A stretch of DNA of 63,698 bases, the filler included, from Octopus bimaculoides (taxonomy: Eukaryota), in NCBI RefSeq assembly GCF_001194135.2. It is 5 parts of 5 records of this genome, joined end to end, with 100 filler letters (N's around TTAATTAATTAA, not from the genome) between each part and the next. Parts side by side here need not be neighbours in the genome. Positions count along the whole stretch, not along the records: positions 9,443 to 30,744 come from NC_068983.1; 4 more parts are not named here. One strand, written 5' to 3'. A model generated the notes under the pieces. That model was not told the origin of the DNA, ran no database searches, and saw only the letters and a list, made by a program, of their open reading frames with translations. The first letter of the stretch is position 1. Each line of letters starts with the position of its first letter. Below, in pieces: positions 11,836-25,020 of this stretch. Made by a program: the position numbers and the translations under genes.

Positions 11836-12119
11836 CTTATTTAGCTGGTGCTTGGAACATAATTAACATGAAATTTTGATGGAAGGTTTTGATTTGGATC
11901 ATTTTAAAGCATGAAGTTTATGGGATCAGACCAAGGGTGGTCTTAGGTAGGTTGGAATCAAAAGGGTTCAAGTGAATAAGATATTGAATTCTTCAACACT
12001 CTGTAGTAGAAAAATATTTTAAAATGTATTGTTGCTATATTTATTTATCGTTTATAAAAGGCATCTATTTTGAATTACATATTTTTCCATTTTGTTTCTT
12101 TGTTTTCTGAAAATTCTAG

Positions 12120-12234
12120 TTTCTTTGTATGGGAAATAATGCACAGTACTATCAAGAAGATGATGAAACATGTCACGAAACTTCAGAAAGAAGTGGAAGA
12201 TGCAAGAGACAAACATGAATCAGCTCAGCAAAAG
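12120..12234 (+). CDS. NCBP1: NCBP1 internal exon
   Basis: ctAG acceptor (12118-19), GTTTAA donor (12235). Phase-2 start completes AG|T. Encodes (S)FFVWEIMHSTIKKMMKHVTKLQKEVEDARDKHESAQQK vs human [31 protein letters not shown]. Confidence 0.95.
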
Positions 12235-12254
12235 GTTTAAAAAAACATTTACTT

Positions 12255-12845
12255 AACTCTTTTACTTGTTTCAGTCATTTGACTGTGGCCATGCTGGAGC
12301 ACCACCTTTAGTCAAGCAAATCGACCCCGGGACTTATTCGTTGTAAGCCTAGTACTTATTCTATCGGTCTCTTTTTGCCGAACTGCTACGTGACGGGGAC
12401 ATAAACACACCAGCATCGGTTGTCAAGCAATGCTAGGGGGACAAACACAGACACACAAACATACACACATCATCATCATCATCATCATCATCGTTTAACG
12501 TCCGCTTTCCATGCTAGCATGGGTTGGACGATTTGACTGAGGACTGGTGAAACCGGATGGCAACACCAGGCTCCAGTCTGATTTGGCAGAGTTTCTACAG
12601 CTGGATGCCCTTCCTAACGCCAACCACTCAGAGAGTGTAGTGGGTGCTTACATATATATATGTATATATATATACATATATACGACGGGCTTCTTTCAGT
12701 TTCCGTCTACCAAATCCACTCACAAGGCTTTGGTCAGCCCGAGGCTATCGTAGAAGACACTTGCCCAAGGTGCCACGCAGTGGGACTGAACCTGGAACCA
12801 TGTGGTTGGTAAGCAAACTACTTACCACACAGCCACTCCTGCACC
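12255..12845 (-). mobile_element. SINE B with a family C element nested in its microsatellite spacer
   Basis: B2 at 12255-12465, family C at 12470-12648, B1 at 12680-12845, all on the minus strand. Confidence 0.85.
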
Positions 12846-13554
12846 TAACACACACTTTCTTCACAAATTACAGTCATTTCTTAAACTCCTGGGAGATTGC
12901 TGTTGTTGTTGTTGTTTGGGCCCAAGGTCCCGGTTACTTGATGTGCTGGCAAGGCTGTTCAGTCAAGAAGTTCTCTTAGTTATGCAGTTTTGAGTTCAAT
13001 ACAACTGCACAGCACCTTGTTCCTTCTGCCATAGCCTCTGCTGACCAACACCCACTAGTGTAACTAGAGTGCGTGTCATCCTGAGCCCCCACAAGAGATA
13101 TATATTGTCTATAGCAGACCCCTTCGCCCGCATCTAGCTACACTAGTGCCAATGCCTTAATGGTATTTTGGTAGAAAGAGACTATGTGATAGTCTGGTGT
13201 GTCTTTTGGTGAAGTACCTAAACTTAGAGAAAATCAGAAACTGATGCTTTGAGATATTCGTTGTGCATTAAATTAGAGATACTCGTTTGACACGTTCAGA
13301 AATGTGCAGAGAGTGTTTGATTGTTGGAAATATGTAACTAGCATTGTATGATATAACATAATAATAACCTGTGGATTTTCACTTCCATTCTTCTACTCCT
13401 ACTATTAACTATAAAGATGATGAACACAAAGCTGTAAAAAAAAAATTAAAAAAGCACTACCTATGATCAGTGATGTTCTATCCTGTGTTTTTTGCCTTTT
13501 AATTCAGACACAGTCTATCTAGGACTATATTATCCAGTGTTCTTCCATTTCTTA

Positions 13555-13785
13555 TTTCGTTATTGCCCACAAGGGGCTAAACATAGAGGGGACAAACAAG
13601 GACAGACAAAGGGATTAAGTCGATTACATCGACCCCAGTGCTCAACTGGTACTTAATTTATCAACCCCGAAAGGATGAAAAGCAAAGTCGACCTCGGTGA
13701 AATTTGAACTCAGAACGTAACGGCAGACGAAATACCGCTAAGCATTTTGCCCAGCGTGCTAACGTTTCTGCCAGCTTGCCACCTT
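13555..13785 (-). mobile_element. Younger family D SINE copy in an NCBP1 intron
   Basis: Retains GGTCGAC/GGTCGAT CpGs; distinct 3' end TTTGTCCCCTCTATGTTTAGCCCCTTGTGGGCAATAA. Confidence 0.8.
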
Positions 13786-14670
13786 AGATGTCCTTCCATT
13801 TCTTAAGATGGTATGGTGTGATTTTAGGGATATGTGACTACTATTTCTAATAGGCCAAGTGACTCCATAAAGACATCTTTGTTGGTTTGTAACTTATGTT
13901 AGATGTGGCAAATATCAAGCTGTCATATCAGTGGTGAGAAGGGCAACTGTTAAGTTGACAGGTTTGGCCCACTGGCAGTATAATGTGGTACATTGAATGC
14001 ACAGTACTGAGCTGGTCCCCTCCACACTCTGCAGATATATTCTTATTGCCTCTGTCTCACTACTCTTTATTATCTAACTGAAAGTGAGAGAGAAAAAAAA
14101 GATCCTTTTGTTGCCCACAAATAAGCATCTCCCTTGAATTCCCCTCCCTCCTCTTCTCTTGATCTATTTATACTTTCACGACACCACTGCCAGCCATAAT
14201 TATGTCTTAGATACAAAAACTCTCTATTGAGTTGTAGTAATCTATAATTATAATTTATAATAGTAATTTATAATTTGAATGCCTATGAACCATGGACAAC
14301 TAATGTCTTGGTTTCCTGTCTCTCTGCTAGACATTCCATTGCACTTTTTTTCTATATATAACTTAGTCTAGGAGTGTTGTATTGTTTATGGAAATAGATT
14401 TGTAGTTGGACAATTAGTAAGAGCACCAAGTTTTGCTTGTCAGTTTTGTTTCTTTGTGTTTTGAGTTCGAATTCCATTAGGGTCAGTTTTTGTGTATATT
14501 TCTCTGGGATCACTGCAGTAAGTACCAATTTGATGATTGCAACCTTCCTGCCATCTTTGTCCTCGTTAATAAAAAAGTGTGTGTGTGTGCACGCACATGA
14601 ATAGTGTGCTAGTCAAATGTGCTTGCCTGACACTAATGTTTTGTTTCTGTTCTCTTTGCAACACATACAG

Positions 14671-14793
14671 GCAGATGATCTGGATCCTGACAAAGATGAT
14701 GAAACCCCAAATGCAGAAATGATTGAACGCATGGTAGAGAAACTAGAAGCTGCTCAGAGTCAACAGAAAAATTTATTTCTTATTCTATTTCAG
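14671..14793 (+). CDS. NCBP1: NCBP1 internal exon
   Basis: acAG acceptor (14669-70), GTAAAT donor (14794). Encodes ADDLDPDKDDETPNAEMIERMVEKLEAAQSQQKNLFLILFQ vs human EEQIERLQEKVESAQSEQKNLFLVIFQ. Confidence 0.95.
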
Positions 14794-14807
14794 GTAAATA
14801 ATTGCTT

Positions 14808-14865
<58 letters not shown>

Positions 14866-15538
14866 TTGCATACCATCTCACAGCAACAAAACCTTGCCAC
14901 CCATAACGCTGTAACTTCTCCAAACACCTCTTTTTAAGGTCATCACTTTCTCACCTATTCTCTCAGTAATGGGGGTTTGTTTTCCCTGTAATTTACAAAG
15001 GGTTTAAAGTGGTTAGTATTAGGAAGAGTATCCAAATTGTAGAAGCCAAGCCTAAACTAAGACAGTGCAGCAAGACAAGGTCCTGTCACTTATCAGATTC
15101 TGTCAAAATACCTAATTCGTATCAGCATGGAAAACGGGCATAAAATGGTAATGATATCATCATCATTTAGCATTTGCTTTCCATGCTGGCATGGGTTAGA
15201 CTGTTTGACTGGAACTGGTAAGCTGGAGAGCTGTACCAAGTTTCAATCTGATTTGGCATTGTTTCTATGGCTGGATGCCTTTCCTAATGCCAACCACTTC
15301 AAGAATGTAATGGATGCTTTTTACGTGCCAGTTATGTGACACTGGCATCGGTCATGAATACGATTTCACTTGGCTTCACAAGTCTCCTCAAGCATGGCTT
15401 ATCTCGAAAGGTCTCAGTCACTTGCCATCGCCTCCGCGATGCCCAATGTTCGAAGATCATGCCACCTCGTTCCATGTCTTCCTGGGTTTACCTTTTCTAT
15501 AGTTAGAGATCAGCACTTCTTTACACAGCTGTCCTCAT

Positions 15539-15573
<35 letters not shown>

Positions 15574-15937
15574 AATCTTATATGTGCTCATACACATACA
15601 TATGTCCTGTATAAACACTACACACACACGTATATGCATTCTAGACATGCCCAAATGTACATACATCCTATATTGACATTCATGACATTCATGCAGTGAG
15701 ACTGGTATTAGAAATAGTCAGGTACATTTTTATATCTTTCTATGAAATACAACTGAGAAAATCTGATGATGTCACAAACACACATATGTCATGCTTGTGC
15801 AAAGGTGAGCACAGATGTGAGTTGTGGAATGCATTTAGGTTGATGTGCTTGTGTTGACGTGTGTGTGTGTGTGAATGCATGCATGAAATTGCTTTGTAAT
15901 TTTTCATGGTCTTTTTTTCAATCTTTTATCTTTGCAG

Positions 15938-16051
15938 CGTTTTATTATTTTATTAACTGAGCATTTTGCCCGTTGTGAAGCTGAAGGTATTGACTGGAAC
16001 ACCTCCAGATATAAATGGGTTATTGAACGACTTCATGAAGTATTTTTAACT
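15938..16051 (+). CDS. NCBP1: NCBP1 penultimate coding exon
   Basis: ttgcAG acceptor, GTAAGT donor (16052). Encodes RFIILLTEHFARCEAEGIDWNTSRYKWVIERLHEVFLT vs human [38 protein letters not shown]. Confidence 0.96.
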
Positions 16052-16962
16052 GTAAGTTTATCTTTTCCAGTTTACATTGGTATTAGTTTTAGTGTCGAGC
16101 AAGCTGCAGATTCGTTACTAAGCTGGTCAAAATGCTTAGTGGCAATTCTTCTGGTTCTTTATGTTCTGAGTTCAAAAGCCACCAAGGTCAACCTTGCTTT
16201 TCATCCATTCAGGGCCAATAAATACCAGTGGCGCATTGGCAGTTGATGTTATCAACTTGCTCCTCCTCCAAAATTTCTGGTGTTTTGTCTCTGGTAGAAA
16301 GAATTAATTTTAATTCCATATGGAATGTCAATCTGCTTTATCTTCTCTTACATTCCATTAAAAAGTTGCCCCTGGCTTGTGATTTTTACTACCACCACCA
16401 AACACCTCTCTATACTTGTTCATGGCATGCTAGTTAAGATATTTATGGCAACTGGTAATAATATAGACACAAAACTATTCTAAATACTGTCTACCCAAAA
16501 ACACTAGAAAAAAATAAAATGTTACTGTAACAAATGTTTCCATCATTTCTTAAATATTCTAGATTTCTCTGATCCTTCTACTGTAAGCCAAGTTCGTTAT
16601 GTCCATCAGTTGTGTTACATGAAAATAGCTCGACATATCCAACCCATGCCAGCATGGAAAATGGATGTTACATGTCGATGATGTCCAACTTCTTTATCAT
16701 TGTTCTATAACAACTGTTATAATTCATAGATTTAATTGTAGATCGATTTGATTATTAATCTAATTATTAATCGAATTGGTTTTATTAGTTATCTATTGAA
16801 AATATAGCCACGAAACGTGCACAGTCGTTTTTATACCATTTACTAATTATTCTTTTATGCACTTTATTGATTTTTAGAATAAGGTTTTTATGATATATTT
16901 ATTTTCTAGAGGGTATGAATTACATTCTTCATTATTGAATTATTTAATAGTGGTTTTTCTCT

Positions 16963-17018
<56 letters not shown>

Positions 17019-17145
17019 TTTCATATCAGCTTTTTCTTTGATGAAATGTTTTGACATGACCTAGTTCCTTATTATTGTAACCAGTTTGTGGTCACATAAA
17101 AATACCTTGACATGAATTCATGTAAATTTTTCTTTTCCTTTTCAG

Positions 17146-17259
17146 CATCATGAATTGGTGTTCACATATATAAGTACGCTTGAGAATCTGCTGTTCACCA
17201 GTGACATTGATGTACACATCCTGGAAATATTCCAACAGTTCTGTGCACTTCGTTCTTAG
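17146..17259 (+). CDS. NCBP1: NCBP1 last coding exon (to TAG)
   Basis: tttcAG acceptor. Encodes [37 protein letters not shown] vs the human C-terminus [37 protein letters not shown]. Confidence 0.97.
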   Translation, partial: HHELVFTYISTLENLLFTSDIDVHILEIFQQFCALRS

Positions 17260-18299
17260 GACAGTTTCACCATGTTGATACTTAGAAGTTCCAGATTATC
17301 TTGTTCAACAAGGATTAGTCCTTAGATGATACCACCTTTCATCCTCATTATTTCCATTATAGTTTTTTTTTTTTTCGTTTTTTTCTTCTCTCTCCTCCTT
17401 GTTCTTCCGTTGCTTCCCAAGGAAGTGGGAAGCATCTTATAGTTCAGTTTGTCCTCTGTTTCTCCTGCAGACATCCTGTTGATGTTTCTCTTCCACCTTC
17501 AGAGTTTCCACAGTGAATAATTTGTGCTGCTGTTTAGTTTGTCCTAAAGTTTGCTACAGTTTGATTTTGTCCTACAGTTTAAACAATCTTGAACTATTTC
17601 TATTTAAAACAAAAAAAAGATCAACCTCAAAAAAGAAAGCCAGATAGGTTTAAAGAGTTATTTTATCATTGCTTCATCTTTCTGAATTGTTCATTATAAT
17701 TTTTAATACAAATATAAATAATTATTTTTAAAGCTGTGAGCTTAGTCCAGAACAGAACTGATATAATTTTGAACAAATTCCCTGATCAAGTGACTATCTG
17801 CCTGCTTCACCATCTTGGCTATTATTTTAATTTTATTGGTTTTAGATAAACCAGATATTAATTTTAGGTAACCTACCCATGGGTGTGTTTTGTTGTTCAT
17901 ATTTCACTGGCAGTCTTACTGTTTTGAGTAAGTTTTCAGTCCATAGCCTGATTTTTAAATCATTGTCAACATATTCTCTGTTATTTTTGTTTTTAGTTAA
18001 TTTCTAGAGGTATACATTCACACACACAATATTTAGAAAACTGCTAATCTGTAATGTCTGACAGTTGCACTTGTATCAAACAAATTATGATTACTGATGT
18101 ATACACTGATACTGCAGAGAGTTCTTGGTAAACTGAATGTATGACAGGCTTCAGAATTCTTGTTGGTAACCTTTTTTTGCTAAAGGGAAAAGTCTGAGTG
18201 TCACAAGTACCAATAAGATATTTGGGTTAATTCTCCTTTATCTTCTGCTTATGAAATTAGCCTTGTGTCTAGGCAAAATAAACTTATTTGTAAATCTCA

Positions 18300-20545
18300 C
18301 ATAAGTTGACTTTGCTGTTTGTTCTTCCAGGGTCAATAAAATAAAGTATCAGTCAAGTAGCACACCAGACAAAATGCTTAGCAACATTTTGCTCCTCTTT
18401 ATGTTCTGAGTTCAAAATTCCACCGAGGTCGACTTAGCCTTCTATCCTTTCAGGGTCGATGCAATCGGCTATCCCCACCCCCAAATTTCAGGCCTTGTGC
18501 CTATAGTAGAAAGGATTATTATTATGATTATTATTATTATTAAGAAGGATTGTTTGATTTAATAGAAATAATGAAGTAACAGATGACATGATTTGCAGTG
18601 TTTAGTTATATTCTTCTTATGTTTTGGGTTCAAGTTCTGCCGAGGTCAGCTTTACCTTTCACTCCTTTTGATATAAAATAAATACCAGTCAGATTATTGG
18701 GTGTGAGATTCATGTAAATTGACTACATCCCTCCACCAATATTTTTCCTTGTTAAAATGGCAGCTAGCTAGAACATAGGAACATGAATTGCAGTTGCAGT
18801 GCTAGTGGTAAAAGATGCCAAGAAGAAGTAGAATTTCTGTAAACTAAAGAGTGTTAGTGTTACATGGAATACCTTGTGGTATTTTAACTGGCTCTTTACA
18901 TTCTGAAGTCAATATAATCAACCATTCCCTTCCCTTTGAATACCCAGGCTTGTCTCTGTTTTGAAACAGTTGTTTTTATTATTAAAATATCAGTGGATTA
19001 TTTAAGACAGTCATGGGCAAAATATGCCACATGGGACTTTCTGAATAGTACACCTAATGAAAGATTACCTTGAATTTTTTTAGTCTTGTTTCATGTGGCC
19101 TGCTTCTCAAAAAAGATTGCCCTTGCCTGATTTAGGGCATTACACAGACTGCCTTGCACTATTTTGTTCTGGCTTGTTATGTTCTGAGCTCAAATTCCAC
19201 TAAGGGTAACTTTACCTTTTGTCCTTCTGAGGTTGATAAAATTAAATTTCCAGTCAGTTGCTAGGGTCAATACTGACTGTTCGTTCCTTCCAAAATTTCT
19301 GGCATTGTGCCTATATTAGAAACAATTGTTATTAAAAATGGTAGTGGATTGGCAGAATTGTCAGTGTGTCATACAAAATGCTTTTGGTATTTAGTTGTGT
19401 CCTTTACATTCTGATTTCAAATCCCACCAAGCTCAACTTCACCTTTCATCCTTCCAGGGTCAATTTTATCAACTGAACCCCTCCCTAAAATTTTGTGACC
19501 TTGTGTCAATGTTAGAAATGATTATTATCCAGGCAGTGTATGGCCTAGTAGTTAGTGTGCTTGGCTGATGATTAAGAAGGTTGTGAGTTCAATTCCTAGA
19601 ACAGTCAGCACATTATGTCCTTGAGCAAAGTATTTCTTTTCACATTGCTCTAGTCTCCTCGGTTAAAAACGAGTACCAACATACAACTGGTACCTCCATC
19701 TAGCACATCCTTGACGTTCTACCAAGTCAAGAGGGTAGCTAACTCTACTTGTAACTATTTAGACCAGCAAAAGCAGGTACATTCTACCAGGCTGTTCTCA
19801 AATGTGAGTGATGACTGTGGTTTGAGGTAGCTGAAACAGTTGAACATTGAAGTAAACACCTTTTGGTATTTAGACTCAACTCCTTGCATAGATAGGCATT
19901 TCATCAGTAACGATTAGCAGTAAAGCATAGGTATTTCATCAATAATGATTAGCAGTAAACCTTCCTTTCCAAAAATTAGCTTCGTTCCATTACAAGAGAG
20001 GTATATAGCCAAATCAGTAGAGCACAAGACCAAATGTCAAGCAATATTTAGTTGCATCATTTTTTGTTGTGAATTTAAATCCTATTAGGGCTAACTTTGC
20101 CATTCATTCCTCCAAGGGTGGGTTGTAAAAAAGATAGCAGTCATGTAGTGGGGGGTTGGTTTCATCATCTGTTATCCTTCCTCAAAATTAGGGGTTTGTG
20201 TCTATGTTAAAAATTGATGTATTAATTGCTGAGGCTGACTCAGTCTTTCATCCTTTTGTGGTTAATGAGTACCAGCAGTGTACTGGGGTCTGTCTGTATC
20301 AACAATACCACCTCTCCCTCCTCTATAAATTTTAGGCTTTGTGCCAATGTAAGGATACCAGAGCAATGGATCAGCAAAATTATGAAAGCATCAGACAAAA
20401 ATACCTTGCAGTATTTGTTCCTAATTTTTACATTCTGAGTTGAGATCCAGCCATGATTAACTTTGTCTTTTCATCTTGGGGTTGATATAATTGACTGTTC
20501 CCTCCCTGCCAAAATTTCTGGCTTGTGCCTGTGTTAGAATCATTA
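18300..20545 (+). mobile_element. Dense same-orientation cluster of old family D SINE fragments downstream of the NCBP1 stop
   Basis: At least 6 recognisable units (about 18300, 18350, 18610, 19150, 19335, 20020, 20230, 20370). Further D copies at 1-110, 16090-16310, 36430-36600, 47910-48110(-) and 48830-49050(-). Confidence 0.7.
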
Positions 20546-21079
20546 TCATTATCATCCCCATCATCATCATCAGTAATACATTTCTTAGTTGCCTCATTTG
20601 TTCAACTGATTTTAGTAATTTTTGTCCCTTAGTTTGTCTCTGGTTACTAGTTATATCATTCACACATTTGTAGTAAAATTATTTTTTATATGGCACCTGC
20701 CAACACATCTGTTTAGTTTAATCATTTTAAATCCACTTAATTTTCTTCTAATTTTTTTTTCTCATACTTGCTTTAGTTTTCTCTCAAAAAGTAATTTTTT
20801 TTTCCAAAATCATTATTTTTTTTCTCTTTATATCTTTATATTTGACATTAAATTTTATCCAAAATTAGAGTTTGACTTACTTCATTGATCAATTTTTCAT
20901 AGAAATTTTATTGCTTTTTTCAAGTATTACTTAAAGTAGAGGAGGAAATTGAAGAGAGAAGTGCTAACCTGTCATATATATTTATAGGGAGAATTCACAA
21001 AAAAAAAAAAAAAAAGACGAAGACAGGTAGTGTAGACAACAAACAGATGTATTAGTATAACGCTTGGGAAGTGAAAAAG

Positions 21080-21117
21080 TCTTTGACATTTCGAGCCCAC
21101 GCTCTTCCACAGAAAGA
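21080..21117 (-). ncRNA. Minimal hammerhead-like motif with variant core (CUGUGGA)
   Basis: UCUUU-CUGUGGA-A-GAGC-gugg-GCUC-GAAA-U-GUC-AAAGA: perfect 5-bp helix I, 4-bp helix II and a GUC cleavage triplet. It lies in a repeat whose other end also occurs at about 2142-2198. Confidence 0.55.
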
Positions 21118-22030
21118 AACAAGGAGAGAAAAAAATGAATGTATATATATTTATATATATATTATCATCACCATTTAATGTCCGTCTTCTGTGCTGGCAT
21201 AAGTTGGATGGTTTGATAGGAGCCGGCTACTGTATCTGTTTTGGCAAGGTTTTTATGGCTGGATGCCCTTCCTAACACCAGCCACTCCATAAAGTGGACT
21301 GAGTGGCACCAGCACAGCACTGGCCTAAGTTGGACGGTTTGATAGGAGCCGGCCAGGTAGGCATCTACACCAGGCTACTGTGTCTGTTTTGGCATGGGTT
21401 TTATAGCTGGATGCCCTTCCAAATGCCAGTGTGGACTGGATGTTTTTTTACATGGCATATAAGAAAATGAGATGACAAAGGAATCAACAATTATCTTGTG
21501 AACTTCATTAGCTTACAGCTATTTCTACTATGATGCAGTGGACTTATTATTACCACTCTGTACTCAACACTTCATTCTGAAGGATATGTATATTGAGTTC
21601 TACACCAGGTTATTAGTCTTGTAATGCTTAAGTGATATATACATATATAAGAAGTTTGTTTCCCAACCATGTGGTCTGGTGTTCAGTCCCACTGCACATC
21701 ATCAAGCACCTTGGTCAAGTGTCCTCTACTTGAATCCTGGGTTGACTAAGGCCTTGTGAATGGATTTGCTATACAGTAACTGAAAGAAGCCAGTTATGAG
21801 CATCACCATCTTACATATGATGTTCATTTCTAGTCTTCTATGAAAAATGTGCTTGGCAATGGGAAAGTATTACCTTGCTTGGAAACAGGTGAGAGTTGGT
21901 GACAGTAAGAGCATCTGGCTGTGGAAACTCTGCCTCAAAATATTCTGCCTGATTGTGTAAGCATGGAAAAGTGAACATTAAATGATGATTATACATACAG
22001 CTCTCTCTCTATGTATGTGTGTGTATTATA

Positions 22031-22067
<37 letters not shown>

Positions 22068-23582
22068 GTATGTATCATCATTTAATGTCTGCCTTGCATG
22101 CTGGCACAGTGTGTGTGTGTGTGTGTGTGTGCATGTAAGCATGACTATGTAGTTAAAGAATTTACTTTGCAGCTATGTAATTCAAGGTTTAATCTCACTA
22201 NNNNNNNNNNNNNNNNNNNNNNNNNNNNNNNNNNNNNNNNNNNNNNNNNNNNNNNNNNNNNNNNNNNNNNNNNNNNNNNNNNNNNNNNNNNNNNNNNNNN
22301 NNNNNNNNNNNNNNNNNNNNNNNNNNNNNNNNNNNAGAGTTTGATTAAATGTAAACCAATAAAAGAATAAAACACATAAGTTGGCTCAAAAATTCTATAG
22401 CTATGGAAAGAACTTTATATAAGTACCTGAGATGGCAACAAAAACTCAAACTTCAATATTTTTGAGCATTATTGATTCCATCAAACATGTGAATTATGGA
22501 CCTTTTTAAGGGTTCCTGTACTGATATTATCAGTGATGAGATTGCCTCCTAACACCTCAATAGTGCTGGATCATCATCATCGATTTAATGTCCACTTTTC
22601 CATGCTTTCATGGGTTGGATGGAATTTGTTGAGATGGATTTTCTATGGCTGGACACCCTTCTTGTTGTCAACCGTCACCTGTTTACAAGTAAAGTAATAT
22701 TTCTCCGATGATGATGATGGTAATGAGATGTTTCCACAGAAGATTGCAAATGAAGGATACTGCTTGCATGACAATGACACACAACTATCATATGTCAAGG
22801 CAAGGAGACAGTCACACACACACATATTATATATATATATATATATACACAATGGTTTCTTTCAGTTTCCATCTACCAAATCCATTTACAAGGCTTTGGT
22901 TGCCCCAGGTCTATGATAGAAGACACTTGCCCAAGGTGCCATGCAGTGGACGAAGAAAATCCTCTCAGATGTATGGATGTCTTTTTAGGGGTATAAACTA
23001 AATCTGCAATGAAGGTATCACAGGTTGTTGGTCTGGTCTGTGGTGGTGAGTGGTTGAATTGATGAAGGAAAACATGTTTCTTGGACAGCTTGAAGAAGTA
23101 ACTGAACAAAAGCCCGCAAACATTTAACAGAAGATTTTATTATAGCACATGAAGACAGACTGCGTTGACCTTTTACAACTAACAAAAGCAATAATTACAT
23201 ATGAGGAGAGAGAGATACTACTTGGAGTTTATGGCAAGCTATTGATATGGCAACATGCGGCTTGCCCCACATTACTGGAAACAACCGTGCTATATTCGTA
23301 GTGCCGACGGTTCCTGTCATCTGTTTTAGGTTGTCTGGCTGGTAAAAAAAGCGCATCGAACAGTTTTTATAGGGAACTGGAAGTCAAATTCATGAATCTT
23401 AGAGAAACCTGTCCATGAGATCGCTTCACACTGATTGGTCGGTTAAAAGACCTTTCACGTGAAACTATGGTGGTTTGCTTGTGATGTCTGACCACATATC
23501 CTGGGATTTGGTTTCGAATCACCCCTACACAGATATTTCAGATTATTGTATATGTTTTTCAAATTTTATTATGCTTTTTAAA

Positions 23583-23780
23583 TACTGTACCAGATGGTCT
23601 ATATTATAAACTTTCTATAAGATGCACTTTTCTTCTCAAAAGAATGTCAAAGAAAATGTCCGTGGTCCAGTATGTGATGCTACGCCTATATTATATGCTT
23701 TTAATGCACTACAAACCTTTTTTTGAATATGTGATGCTGAAATTGAAGTGTATCTCATATGCGTGTGCTTCTTGATGATA
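23583..23780. mobile_element. Degenerate pogo-type MITE-like remnant
   Basis: Ends resemble TACYGTA...TATAAGAYGCAC and GTG..TC.TATATGCGTGTGC.TCT...AAAATAC.GT, as in pogo-type termini; heavily decayed. Confidence 0.3.
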
Positions 23781-24985
23781 AAATACTGTCAGATAACAAG
23801 TTCCCACAATGTTTGGGATGAAGTATTAGTTGCTACACGAGTACTAGATGACACAAATATCAAATATTGTGATGCGATGTTCCACAGAATTGTTGTTTTA
23901 TGGAGTTGCGTGCAAGATGTACGATCTTTGTCATCCTTTAGTCGTACTTCTCCACTCTAACTGCCACTGAGAAAAGAGTATTCAACTTACTTCAGCTTAT
24001 CAAAACGCCAGGTGGGTTACAGCTTAAAGGAGATGACATCAAGTCATTTGTCACGATAAAAGAAGAAAACATAAAGCTAAGTATAAGAGCCACTCAGTAA
24101 CATGTATACAAAAATGACACTCATGGAGTTAATAGCAGAATATTTAGCTTATTGTGTTAGACATTTATAAAGAATAAATGGTGTTTAAGATATAATTGTA
24201 TGTAAATAAAAGAAGTTGGCCTCATCCTAATTGTCATAGTAAGATATACATTTGCATGTCCTACTTTGACAAATGAGGTTAGCAAACTCATAAAGTAGAT
24301 CTGAATGACAATTAACGTGTTCAAGGCACACTTAATTCTCAGAAACCCCCCTCTCGTATATATTGCTCATTATATGCTGGTGCAAAAAATAATTGTGGTT
24401 TTGGTGCGTTTACAAATTCCCCAATTATTTTGTTCTGTGCTGGTTCTCGTGAATGTACCTTCAATCTTACAGTTTAAAAATCTGGGAAACGTGTATGCTG
24501 ATTTTTCGCACTATTTACTACAATGTTCCAACATTTTCATTTAAATTAGTTGACGCGCTGTGTGTGTGCGCGGGCGGGCGTGTACACATACGTATATATG
24601 CATGCATACTCATGTGCATATATGCAAAAATGTATGCACGTATACGCATATGTATGTGCACAAGCACACATGATTGCAGGCATGGATGTCATTACACGTC
24701 TGGCAGTTACGAACTGAACTTCTTGAATGCTTAGCATATTTTGACAGTGTACGTGTGTGCATGCAAGCGTAGATACATATATGAATACATGAATGTATAT
24801 ATTTCTGTATGGCGATATTTCCAACTTTGTACTTTGAAGATGGTGAGGCGTGGCTACAGGGGTGGCTGCACGGTAAGAAGTTTGCTTCCCGACCACATAG
24901 TTCCAGGCTCAGCCTACTACGTGGCACACTGAGCAAGTGCCTGCTACTATAGACCTTGTTGACCAAAGCCTGGTGACTGGATTTG

Positions 24986-25020
<35 letters not shown>

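Noticed and set aside
14668-14674. Tandem acceptor CAG-GCAG at the NCBP1 exon
   Set aside because: The +4 site would frameshift; no evidence of use.
18277-18282. AATAAA as the NCBP1 poly(A) signal
   Set aside because: Sits in a decayed family D SINE context; the 3' end cannot be fixed without transcript data.
23300-23470. CCAAT-box, E-box (TCACGTGA) and GGAAGT cluster as a promoter
   Set aside because: Short motifs only; no downstream first exon identified; adjacent to transposon-like debris.
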